From NCBI GenBank assembly GCA_044450345.1, contig JBIOIY010000026.1, positions 1 to 39,349 of the forward strand: a stretch of DNA of 39,349 bases. The letters are read 5' to 3'. The notes under the pieces were generated by a model. That model searched no databases. It saw nothing but the letters and a program-made list of their open reading frames with translations, and was not told the origin of the DNA. Source of the stretch: Thermodesulfovibrionales bacterium (GTDB lineage: Bacteria > Nitrospirota > Thermodesulfovibrionia > Thermodesulfovibrionales > UBA6898). The position numbers and the translations under genes were made by a program. Shown piece by piece: positions 8,612 to 16,763 of the stretch (positions within the stretch are counted from its first letter, which is position 1; every line of letters starts with the position of its first letter).

Positions 8612-10414
8612 ATGGAACTTATCTACGCTGAACTTTCTTCCCCCGGCCCTGCCCGTGAGAACAACGAGGATTTTGTTGGCTTCTGGCAGCCGCAAACAGT
8701 CGAGGAAAAACGCAGTCTCGGAGCAGTGGCTGTGCTGGCCGACGGCGTGGGAGGACTCAACTACGGTGAAGTGGCCAGCCGGCTGGCGGTAGAGACGACC
8801 CTCAAGGCGTTTCGAGAGGCCACGGGAGACCAGCCACCGCAGCAGCTCATTACACAGATGTTCAGTGCTGCTAATCGGGCCGTCTACGACAAAGGAATGG
8901 AGGACCACGGCAAGTCCCGTATGGCAACGACCCTGGCGGCAGTGGTACTGCGCAACAATGAGATCACGGTGGGCAATGTGGGAGACTCGCGTGTTTATTT
9001 GATACGTAAGGCCACGATCAAGCAGCTGTCTACCGACCATACCTATACCGGCATGCAGCAGAAATTCGGACTCATTTCCGAGCAGGAGGCCAATACCAGC
9101 GAGAACCGGTCGATCTTGACCCGGAGCGTCGGGCATGAGCTGGTGATCCGGGTGGATGTGGAGAGCGCAACGGTGTTCAAGGGAGATAAGGTTGTGCTCT
9201 GTTCCGACGGCCTGTACACGCACGTGGCAGACAGCGAAATCGCCGACATCGTCTCTCGTTATTCTCCGGCACAGGCCTGCCGTCAGCTTGTTGCCCTGGC
9301 AGAGCAACGCGGCACCGAAGACAATGTTTCCGTGCAGGTACTGCAGATCAACGACGTCGAGAAGGTCGCGTTATACCGCGGCGTGGCGATGTATCAGGAG
9401 TCGGCGGACCCGACAACAAAATATGAACTCCGGCCGGGGCAGACCCTAGACAACCGTTTCCTCATCCTCGAGACGATCAGTCGCAGCGGAATGGCGACCA
9501 TATTCAAGGCGACGGACCATAAGACCAAGAAGACCGTGGCGGTGAAGGTCCCGCTCATGCAGTTTGAGAGCGATCCGGGCTTTTACTCCCGGTTCCTTCG
9601 CGAGGAGGAGATCGGGAGCCGTCTGGACCATCCCTACATCCTGAAATTCATTCCTATCGAGGAGGGACAGCGCAGCCGGCCGTACATCGTGACTGAATAT
9701 CTGCGCGGCTACACGCTTTCGCACCTGTTGAACAGCGTCCGCCCGCTGCCCGAAAAGGACGCGACCAAACTTGCCGGCCGCGTCTGCGAGGCGCTTGTGT
9801 ATATGCATGCGCACGGCGTCGTCCATCGGGACCTCAAACCCCAGAATATTATGCTCTGCAATGACGGGACGATACGGATCATGGACTTCGGCATCGCCAA
9901 GACCAAGGAGGGGAGACGGCTCACGTTCACCGGCTTCACGCCTGCCGTCGGCACTCCCGATTATATGGCCCCCGAGCAGGTCAAGGGGAAGCGCGGGGAC
10001 GAGCGGACCGACATCTACAGCCTTGGCGCCATTCTCTACGAAATGATAGTCGGCACTACGCCGTTTGAGTGCGAGAATGAAAATCCGCTCGTGATCATGA
10101 ACGCCCGCATCAACGGCGACTCCGTTGCCCCGCGGAAACGCAATCCGAATGTCTCACCTCAGACAGAGGAGATCATCCTGCACGCCATGGAACGGGACCC
10201 AAAGAACCGCTACCAATCAGCCGCAGCGATGAAGGCCGACCTGGATAATCCGGCGGCCGTGCAATTGACCGGCCGGTGTGACAGGCTCCAGACGCCGACC
10301 CCGTGGAAGCGGAGCTGGAAGAAAGCGCTTTGGTTCGCGCTTGCCGTCACTGTCCCTACCATTATTTTCATCCTCTTGGTTCTGCTGATTATCCACCGCG
10401 GCCCGGCGCATTGA
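8612..10414 (+). CDS. Bifunctional PP2C phosphatase / Hanks-type Ser/Thr kinase with C-terminal membrane anchor
   Basis: PP2C motifs ADGVGG, VGDSR, LTRSVG, CSDGL, EDN. Kinase motifs VAVK, HRDLKPQN, DFG, GTPDYMAPE. One C-terminal TM helix. Confidence 0.9.
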   Translation: MELIYAELSSPGPARENNEDFVGFWQPQTVEEKRSLGAVAVLADGVGGLNYGEVASRLAVETTLKAFREATGDQPPQQLITQMFSAANRAVYDKGMEDHGKSRMATTLAAVVLRNNEITVGNVGDSRVYLIRKATIKQLSTDHTYTGMQQKFGLISEQEANTSENRSILTRSVGHELVIRVDVESATVFKGDKVVLCSDGLYTHVADSEIADIVSRYSPAQACRQLVALAEQRGTEDNVSVQVLQINDVEKVALYRGVAMYQESADPTTKYELRPGQTLDNRFLILETISRSGMATIFKATDHKTKKTVAVKVPLMQFESDPGFYSRFLREEEIGSRLDHPYILKFIPIEEGQRSRPYIVTEYLRGYTLSHLLNSVRPLPEKDATKLAGRVCEALVYMHAHGVVHRDLKPQNIMLCNDGTIRIMDFGIAKTKEGRRLTFTGFTPAVGTPDYMAPEQVKGKRGDERTDIYSLGAILYEMIVGTTPFECENENPLVIMNARINGDSVAPRKRNPNVSPQTEEIILHAMERDPKNRYQSAAAMKADLDNPAAVQLTGRCDRLQTPTPWKRSWKKALWFALAVTVPTIIFILLVLLIIHRGPAH

Positions 10415-10759
10415 CGTTTCAAAGGTTCGTGTCAGGGATTGGACAGAGAGAAAGATAAGCACCCAGCCATTTCAAGGACTTCAACCGACGCCCATTTAGA
10501 GTCCTCACTTTCAGAGAGCCGAAACTCTATCGAGGGTACACTCGGAATATAACACCCTCGGAAGAGCCTGAGCGCCTTCTGTTACGGCCGCCTACTCTTG
10601 CTTTTCTTCACAGAACCAGCGGCTTTTGATTGCAAAAGGAACATATAAACCTGAAACTATTTGTCGCCCTCTAAACATTTTCTACCATGCTCTTATTCGC
10701 AATTGCGGATAAAAACGCCTCTCATTTCTCAATAAATATAGCCGAACTGACGTTGAAGA

Positions 10760-12829
10760 TTGGAGGGAATGATCTGTGCTATAATTACACCTGTGGGGAA
10801 GGCTTCAAGAAACAAAAAGGGTTCAATTAATAAAGTCCCGGGCGATCAGGGCAGACATGAGAAAGGGTTAAAACCCTCGCAGGAGTCGCCATCAATAATC
10901 GCATTGCAAAAGACTGCTTCAATAATTACTTTTATCCCGATTCTCATCTTGCTGCTTATCTCTTTTGTCGTATATTTTAACGCGCTTTTCGGCGATTTTG
11001 TATATGACGATATTTCACAGATAGTGAACAATCCGTGGATCACGAATATCAGAAACATACCAACGATATTTTCCAAGAGTGTCTGGAGTTTTGAAGAACT
11101 GGGCACCTCGAACTACTACAGGCCCATGATGCACATTGTTTATATGCTCAATTATCATCTCTTCGGTCTGAAACCCTGGGGTTTTCATCTCGTTAATATC
11201 CTATTTCATTTCGGCGCATCAGTTCTTGTATTTCTGGTCGTACGGAGGCTGCTGACTGAGCATAGGGACTCAATGTGCTCTGTTTACCTTTCGCCTCCGT
11301 TTATAGCCGCTATGCTCTTTGCCTCACATCCCATCCATACGGAGGCAGTTACATGGATCGCAGGATTGCCGGATGTGGCCTTTTCGTTTTTCTATCTCCT
11401 CTCTTTTTATCTTTACATATTGTTCCGAGAAGGTGTCAAAAGAGGCTATCTATTGTCGATTCTTTCATTTTCAGTGGCAACTCTTTTTAAAGAGCCTGCT
11501 CTTACTCTTCCCATCATGCTGATAGCCTATGACTATCTCCTGAAGAAATCGGATGAGACTATCCTTGCCGTCATTAAGAGATATATGCCATATGTGGCCA
11601 TTTCAGGTGTTTATCTTTTGGTGAGATATTCTGCGCTCAGAGGGTTTGCACCGTTAGAATCCTATTCTTACCTGAGCACTTATCAATTCATCATAAACGT
11701 CTTCCCGCTTTTTAGAGAGTATCTTACAAGTATGCTTTGGCCGTTTGATCTTAATTTATGGCATACTTTCCATCCTATCAGCTCTTTATTTGAGGCGAAA
11801 GGGATGATCTCCATAGTTGTCGCTGTCCTTTTTTTCATAGGTGCTGTGGCGGCATACAGAAAAGATAGAGTAATTTTTTTCAGTCTTCTTCTCGTAGGCG
11901 TTCCTCTTCTGCCGGTATTTTATATAAAAGCAATCGGCGGGAAACCTTTTGCCGAGAGATACCTTTACTTGCCCTCTGTCGGTTTTGTATTTCTTCTAGC
12001 GATCTTTTTATCTTGGGCCGGAGAGAAGCTGCCGCGAGCTGTCAGGAGTATCACGATAGTCTTTATAGTAATAGGTGCGTTATATGCCGGCGAAACGATA
12101 ATCAGGAATAATGTCTGGCAGGATAATTTTAATCTTTGGTCAGATACGGTCAAGAAGTCACCCGATAGTGAAATGGCTCATCATAATCTTGGTCTTGCAT
12201 ACCGATCCCAAGGACAATTGGATAAAGCAATTGAAGAATATTTAACAGCATTACGGCTGAACCCCAAAAACGCAAGGGTTCATAATAATATTGGTGCTGC
12301 ATATGCATCCCAAGGACAATTGGATAGGGCAATTGCAGAATACCAAATAGCACTGCGGCTGAAGCCCGGTGACGCAAAGGCTCACAATAATCTGGGCGCC
12401 GCATACCGATCCCAAGGACAATTGGATAGGGCGATTGCAGAATACTCAACAGCATTACGGCTGAGCCCTGATTATACAGATGCTCATAATAACCTTGGTC
12501 TTGCATACCGATCTCAAGGCCAATTGGATAAAGCAATTGCAGAATACTTAACAGCATTACGACTGAAGCCCGATTTTGTAGAGGCCCATAATAATCTGGG
12601 TGTTGCATATGCATCTCAAGGACAATTGGATAGGGCAATTGCAGAATTCCAAACAACATTACGACTGAAGCCCGATTTAGTAGAGGCTCATAATAATCTT
12701 GGTCGTGCATATGCATCTCAAGGCCAGTTGGATAGGGCAATTGCAGAATACCAAACAGCATTACGGCTGAAGCCGGATTTCAATGAAGTTCGCCAGCGTC
12801 TCAGTGATATTGTCTCAAGACGGCACTAA
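10760..12829 (+). CDS. TMTC-like GT-C membrane glycosyltransferase with C-terminal TPRs (start uncertain, probably further downstream)
   Basis: FVYDD, YYRP, HPIHTEAV, ERYLYLP and a multi-TM region, followed by six TPRs. Confidence 0.75.
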   Translation: MEGMICAIITPVGKASRNKKGSINKVPGDQGRHEKGLKPSQESPSIIALQKTASIITFIPILILLLISFVVYFNALFGDFVYDDISQIVNNPWITNIRNIPTIFSKSVWSFEELGTSNYYRPMMHIVYMLNYHLFGLKPWGFHLVNILFHFGASVLVFLVVRRLLTEHRDSMCSVYLSPPFIAAMLFASHPIHTEAVTWIAGLPDVAFSFFYLLSFYLYILFREGVKRGYLLSILSFSVATLFKEPALTLPIMLIAYDYLLKKSDETILAVIKRYMPYVAISGVYLLVRYSALRGFAPLESYSYLSTYQFIINVFPLFREYLTSMLWPFDLNLWHTFHPISSLFEAKGMISIVVAVLFFIGAVAAYRKDRVIFFSLLLVGVPLLPVFYIKAIGGKPFAERYLYLPSVGFVFLLAIFLSWAGEKLPRAVRSITIVFIVIGALYAGETIIRNNVWQDNFNLWSDTVKKSPDSEMAHHNLGLAYRSQGQLDKAIEEYLTALRLNPKNARVHNNIGAAYASQGQLDRAIAEYQIALRLKPGDAKAHNNLGAAYRSQGQLDRAIAEYSTALRLSPDYTDAHNNLGLAYRSQGQLDKAIAEYLTALRLKPDFVEAHNNLGVAYASQGQLDRAIAEFQTTLRLKPDLVEAHNNLGRAYASQGQLDRAIAEYQTALRLKPDFNEVRQRLSDIVSRRH
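12176..12787 (+). repeat. Six tandem 102-bp TPR-encoding repeats
   Basis: Unit AHNNLGxAYxSQGQLDxAIAEYxTALRLxPD; the DNA core CAAGG(A/C)CA(A/G)TTGGATA recurs every 102 bp. Confidence 0.92.
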
Positions 12830-13833
12830 GGCGCACTATTGTTCGCAAAGAACGTCCCGGCCCTTTCCCTTGCTTCATCCATACTACTGCTTGACTGGAC
12901 CCTGGACGCCAAAGAATGTCCGAATTTATAGTTCTTGGCGAAGTAGTGGGTAAATTCCTTCAGCCTACCCAGGCGGTATATGGGGCGATAATCCGTGCTC
13001 AGAGCTTCGATGAAGGCCGCGTACACATCCGGCAGCGACACTACGCGCTCCGTTATATCGACGCCGAATACACTTCTGGCAATTTCGGCGAAGAGCCAGG
13101 GTCTTGTTACCGCCCCCCGTCCGAGCATCAATCCGTCGGCGCCGGATACTCTCAGGCATGTTTCCGCGTCCTCTACCGAGAAAACTCCGCCATTGGCGAT
13201 AACGGGTATCTTAATGCATTCCTTTATTTCGGCTATATATGCCCATCGCGGATTTCTTGCAAAGGGCTCATGTTTGAACCGGGCGTGCACCGTAAGCATA
13301 TCAATGCCCTCACCTTCGAGCATGGAGCAGAACGTCTTTAATTTCCCGCTGTCGGCGTCGCTGCCGAGGCGGATTTTCGCACTCAGGGGCAAGGCGGTGC
13401 GCTTTCTGGCCTCGGCCACGATGCGGCGGGCCTCATCCGGTCGTTCCATCAGCATGACGCCCGCGCCGAACTTGCTGACCGCCGGCGACGGGCAGCCCAT
13501 GTTCAAATCAACAGCGTCAGCCTTCAATGCGTGAAGCGAATCAATGGCCCGGCCTATCTCGTTGTCAGTGGAAGTTAAGAGCTGATAGGAAAGTGGGCTT
13601 TCCCTTTCGGTCCTTATCAGATACGGGGAGATGCAGGGATTTTCAGTGGGCAGTCTTCTTGCCGAGAGCATTTCGGTGGACAAAAGGCCGGCCCCGCCGA
13701 AGTCGATAATAATCCGCCGGAGGGCGCTGTGGGTAAGGCCCGCCATCGGCGCAAGGAGAAGCGGCGGATCGATCAGCAGATTGCGAAGCTGTATCGCCTG
13801 CGGCTGTGTTTGCACGTTCGTTTCAGCTTTCAT
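12826..13833 (-). CDS. tRNA-dihydrouridine synthase (DusB/NifR3 family)
   Basis: LAPMAG, DLNMGCP, KIRLG, TVHAR, PVIANGGV, GLMLGRGA. Start chosen at MKAET; upstream Met codons are possible. Confidence 0.88.
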   Translation of the reverse strand: MKAETNVQTQPQAIQLRNLLIDPPLLLAPMAGLTHSALRRIIIDFGGAGLLSTEMLSARRLPTENPCISPYLIRTERESPLSYQLLTSTDNEIGRAIDSLHALKADAVDLNMGCPSPAVSKFGAGVMLMERPDEARRIVAEARKRTALPLSAKIRLGSDADSGKLKTFCSMLEGEGIDMLTVHARFKHEPFARNPRWAYIAEIKECIKIPVIANGGVFSVEDAETCLRVSGADGLMLGRGAVTRPWLFAEIARSVFGVDITERVVSLPDVYAAFIEALSTDYRPIYRLGRLKEFTHYFAKNYKFGHSLASRVQSSSSMDEARERAGTFFANNSAP

Positions 13834-14105
13834 CGACATTAAGGGACACATTCTCCCTCTCTCTTTCCTCGGCCTTTCTCAAATCCCAATTTCGATTAAC
13901 GTTCATGAGACGCACAATTGTATCATATTCGGAAAGTGTCGATTACAAGGAAGGAAATAAAAACCAGATCAGCGGAGATTTAGGAGGGCAAGCCTTATCA
14001 GCCTGTCCAGTCTGTGACGTGCTCATTCGGTTACGGGTCCCATAAGGAAAGAGTCTTACCTGTTCGGTCTGACCGGACGATATGTGTGCGTTATTGTCTG
14101 CGTTC

Positions 14106-14135
14106 TACATTGTTGTCATGTGAGACATTTTTGTC
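14106..14135 (+). promoter_or_regulatory. Tandem ACA-N4-TGT enhancer-like boxes
   Basis: tACAttgtTGTc (14107-14116) and gACAttttTGTc (14125-14134). Confidence 0.7.
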
Positions 14136-14180
14136 GCAGATTTAACCGGTCGAATCCTTGCAAAACAACAGTATCTTGCC

Positions 14181-14195
14181 TGGCACGCTGATTGC
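14181..14195 (+). promoter_or_regulatory. Sigma-54 promoter of the divergent PII-SMR-amt operon
   Basis: TGGCAC-gctga-TTGC, a perfect match to consensus. Confidence 0.9.
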
Positions 14196-14222
14196 TGCTA
14201 CATTTTAAAAAGGAGGCCCATT

Positions 14223-14558
14223 ATGAAGAGAATAGAGGCTATTATACGTCCGACCAGGGTCGGCAGGGTATGCACTGCCCTTGAAGGAATGGGACACCCA
14301 GGCCCCAGGATTTCCCAGGTTGAAGACAAAAGTCAAACAGGCACAGGATATCTGTTAAGAGGCATCACATATAAGGCGGATCTGGTGACCAAGTCGAGGG
14401 TGGAGGTGATTGCTAAAGATGGAGAGGCAGACATGATCATCAACGCCATCCGCGAGGCGGCCTTCACCGGCCAAAACGGAGACGGCGAGATATTCGTGTA
14501 TGCCATTGAAGATGTCGTACGTATACGGACCGGTGAAAGTGGGGAGGCGGCGATATAA
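14223..14558 (+). CDS. Divergent PII (GlnB/GlnK-family) signal protein
   Basis: MKRIEAIIRP, TGQNGDGEIFV, RIRTGESGEAAI; T-loop base and B-loop Lys are altered; AAGGAGG RBS. Confidence 0.88.
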   Translation: MKRIEAIIRPTRVGRVCTALEGMGHPGPRISQVEDKSQTGTGYLLRGITYKADLVTKSRVEVIAKDGEADMIINAIREAAFTGQNGDGEIFVYAIEDVVRIRTGESGEAAI

Positions 14559-14645
14559 TAAGGTGCTCGCAAGTAAAAACTCATTAACTTGGATAACCTC
14601 ATCGCGCTCTTCGGGCTGCGCATCTTTATCGTGCGAGGTTTACAG

Positions 14646-14969
14646 ATGACGTATCTTGCCTGGCTCATTTTCGTTGGTGCGGCAGTTCTGGAGGTCGGCG
14701 GCGATGCGGTCGTTCGCAAGGGACTTCGCGGAAGCAGTCTCATCATCATACTGATTGGATTCGCCATGTTGGGTTCTTACGGGGTTGTCGTCAATACGGT
14801 GAAATGGGATTTTTCAAAATTGCTCGGAGTATACGTTGCGATCTTTGCGATCATAAGCATATTATTCGGTCGGTTTGTATTCGAAGAAAATATACCAACG
14901 ACGACCTGGATCGGATTGATGGTTATCGTTTGCGGCGGGATGATAATCCAGTTTGGGGAGAGGATATAG
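14646..14969 (+). CDS. Small 4-TM SMR/DMT-like (YnfA-like) membrane protein
   Basis: 107 aa, four hydrophobic helices, TM1 Glu in AAVLEVGGD, GVYVAIF; GAGG RBS. Confidence 0.7.
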   Translation: MTYLAWLIFVGAAVLEVGGDAVVRKGLRGSSLIIILIGFAMLGSYGVVVNTVKWDFSKLLGVYVAIFAIISILFGRFVFEENIPTTTWIGLMVIVCGGMIIQFGERI

Positions 14970-15034
14970 TCACACAACGGCTGTCCGGATTATATGGACG
15001 TGGAAAAGATCAACAGCGATAGGGAGATGACTAG

Positions 15035-16588
15035 ATGAAGCAATTTCTAATCATAGGATTCTTGATGGTATTTATACTTACGGCGAACATGCTGTTTGCC
15101 GAAGAACAGGTGCGGAAGGCTAACCCTCCTTCTCAGGCTGAGCAGGATGCGCCCGCTCAGCCTGCACCTGCTACACCCGCCCCGGTCTTCAAAGCGGACC
15201 CCTCGGGCGCGAATACGGGAGGCGCCGCCGATGTCGTCGGCGCCACGGCAGGCGCACCGACTGCGGACGATATGAAGAAACTGGCCGCGAACGAGCCACT
15301 CGCGGTGAAACTGGCGGATGTCATAGGCCATAATCGGACTGCTCTTAATGTTGTATGGATGCTGGTCTGCGCGTATCTCGTCTTTTTTATGCAGGCGGGC
15401 TTTGCCATGGTGGAGACCGGCTTTACGAGGGCGAAGAACGCGGGCCATACCATGGCGATGAACATGATGGTGTTTGTCTTTGCGGTGCTCGGCTACTGGA
15501 TCTGCGGCTACGCGTTCCAGATGGGCGGCAAGGGATTTTTTCTTTCCGGATCGTCCTATGATGTGTCAATCATCACTCTCTTCATGTCCCAGGTGGTCTA
15601 TATGAACATCGCGGCCACAATTCCGACAGGTGCAATGGCCGAGCGCTGGACATTCAAGTCATTGGTCGTCTATGGGTTCTTTATCTCCATGTTCACCTAC
15701 CCGCTGTATGCGAACTGGGTATGGGGCGGCGGATGGCTCTCGCAACTCGGCAAGAACTTCGGCCTCGGCCACGGGGTCCTCGATTTTGCCGGCTCATCTG
15801 TGGTCCATATGGTTGGAGGAGTTTCGGCGCTGACAGGGGCGATCGTCCTTGGTCCCCGCATGGGAAAATATAGGGCCAATGGAACTCCCGTTGCAATTCC
15901 CGGACATCACATTCCGATGGCCATCATCGGGTGCTTGATACTCTTCTTTGGGTGGTTCGGGTTCAATTCCGGCCCAGCCCTCGCGGCCGGCAATTTGAGA
16001 ATCGGGGTCATAGCGGTAAATACTATGCTTGCATCCGCGGCAGCGTCCTTCTCGGCGATGCTCTACATGTGGATCAAGTATGGGAAACCGGACCTCTCGA
16101 TGTGCGCGAACGGACTCCTTGCCGGCCTTGTCGCCATCACTGCGCCGTGCGCATTTGTGAGTACCGTTGGAGCGGTAATTATCGGGCTTGTTGCCGGAGT
16201 TCTTTGTTGTGCGAGTGTCTTCTTCGTTGAACGCACGCTTAAGGTGGACGATCCTGTGGGCGCGGTGTCGGTCCACGGCACGTGCGGCGCCTGGGGCCTT
16301 ATCGGGCTCGGACTCTTTGCCGACGGCACATACGGCGACGGCCTGAACAATGTCCCCGGCACGGTCAAAGGGCTGTTTTATGGCGGCGCATCACAGTTCG
16401 CGGCCGAAGTAATAGGTGTCGTAGTAAACTTCGTCTTTGTATTTATCGTGATGTATGCATTCTTCACGCTGCTGAATAAAATCATTCCTCTGCGTGTGTC
16501 TGAAGAAACAGAGTTCGAAGGCCTTGACCAGAACGAAGTGGCTGTTACCGCATATCCCGACTTCAGTGTCACGAAGGCCCGCAGATAG
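15035..16588 (+). CDS. amt: Ammonium transporter (Amt family), paralog 1 with atypical S1-site residues
   Basis: FFMQAGFAMVETG, GAMAER, DFAGSSVVH, GWFGFN, DDPVGAVSVHG. Confidence 0.92.
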   Translation: MKQFLIIGFLMVFILTANMLFAEEQVRKANPPSQAEQDAPAQPAPATPAPVFKADPSGANTGGAADVVGATAGAPTADDMKKLAANEPLAVKLADVIGHNRTALNVVWMLVCAYLVFFMQAGFAMVETGFTRAKNAGHTMAMNMMVFVFAVLGYWICGYAFQMGGKGFFLSGSSYDVSIITLFMSQVVYMNIAATIPTGAMAERWTFKSLVVYGFFISMFTYPLYANWVWGGGWLSQLGKNFGLGHGVLDFAGSSVVHMVGGVSALTGAIVLGPRMGKYRANGTPVAIPGHHIPMAIIGCLILFFGWFGFNSGPALAAGNLRIGVIAVNTMLASAAASFSAMLYMWIKYGKPDLSMCANGLLAGLVAITAPCAFVSTVGAVIIGLVAGVLCCASVFFVERTLKVDDPVGAVSVHGTCGAWGLIGLGLFADGTYGDGLNNVPGTVKGLFYGGASQFAAEVIGVVVNFVFVFIVMYAFFTLLNKIIPLRVSEETEFEGLDQNEVAVTAYPDFSVTKARR

Positions 16589-16627
16589 GCACAACTGCAA
16601 TTATCTTTCAAGGAGTATTGCGACATA

Positions 16628-16673
16628 AATATTACTACAAAAATGTATCAATGAACATTTTTGTAGTAATATT
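16628..16673. promoter_or_regulatory. Perfect 19-bp inverted repeat containing two ACA-N4-TGT boxes
   Basis: AATATTACTACAAAAATGT-N8-ACATTTTTGTAGTAATATT. Confidence 0.8.
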
Positions 16674-16710
16674 ATTTTTGAGTTTCATTTAAAATCAAGG
16701 GGTTCTATTA

Positions 16711-16725
16711 TGGCATGTTTTTAGC
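16711..16725 (+). promoter_or_regulatory. Sigma-54 promoter of amtB-glnK
   Basis: TGGCAT-gtttt-TAGC (GG-N10-GC); IHF-like AATCAAggggTT at 16693-16704. Confidence 0.75.
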
Positions 16726-16763
16726 AAACCTTTTTGTAACAACTACCATAATGGAGGTTTGAG

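Noticed and set aside
12150..12761. 203-aa repetitive minus-strand ORF and CRISPR-like periodicity
   Set aside because: It is the antisense shadow of the 102-bp TPR repeats. There are no unique spacers and no cas genes.
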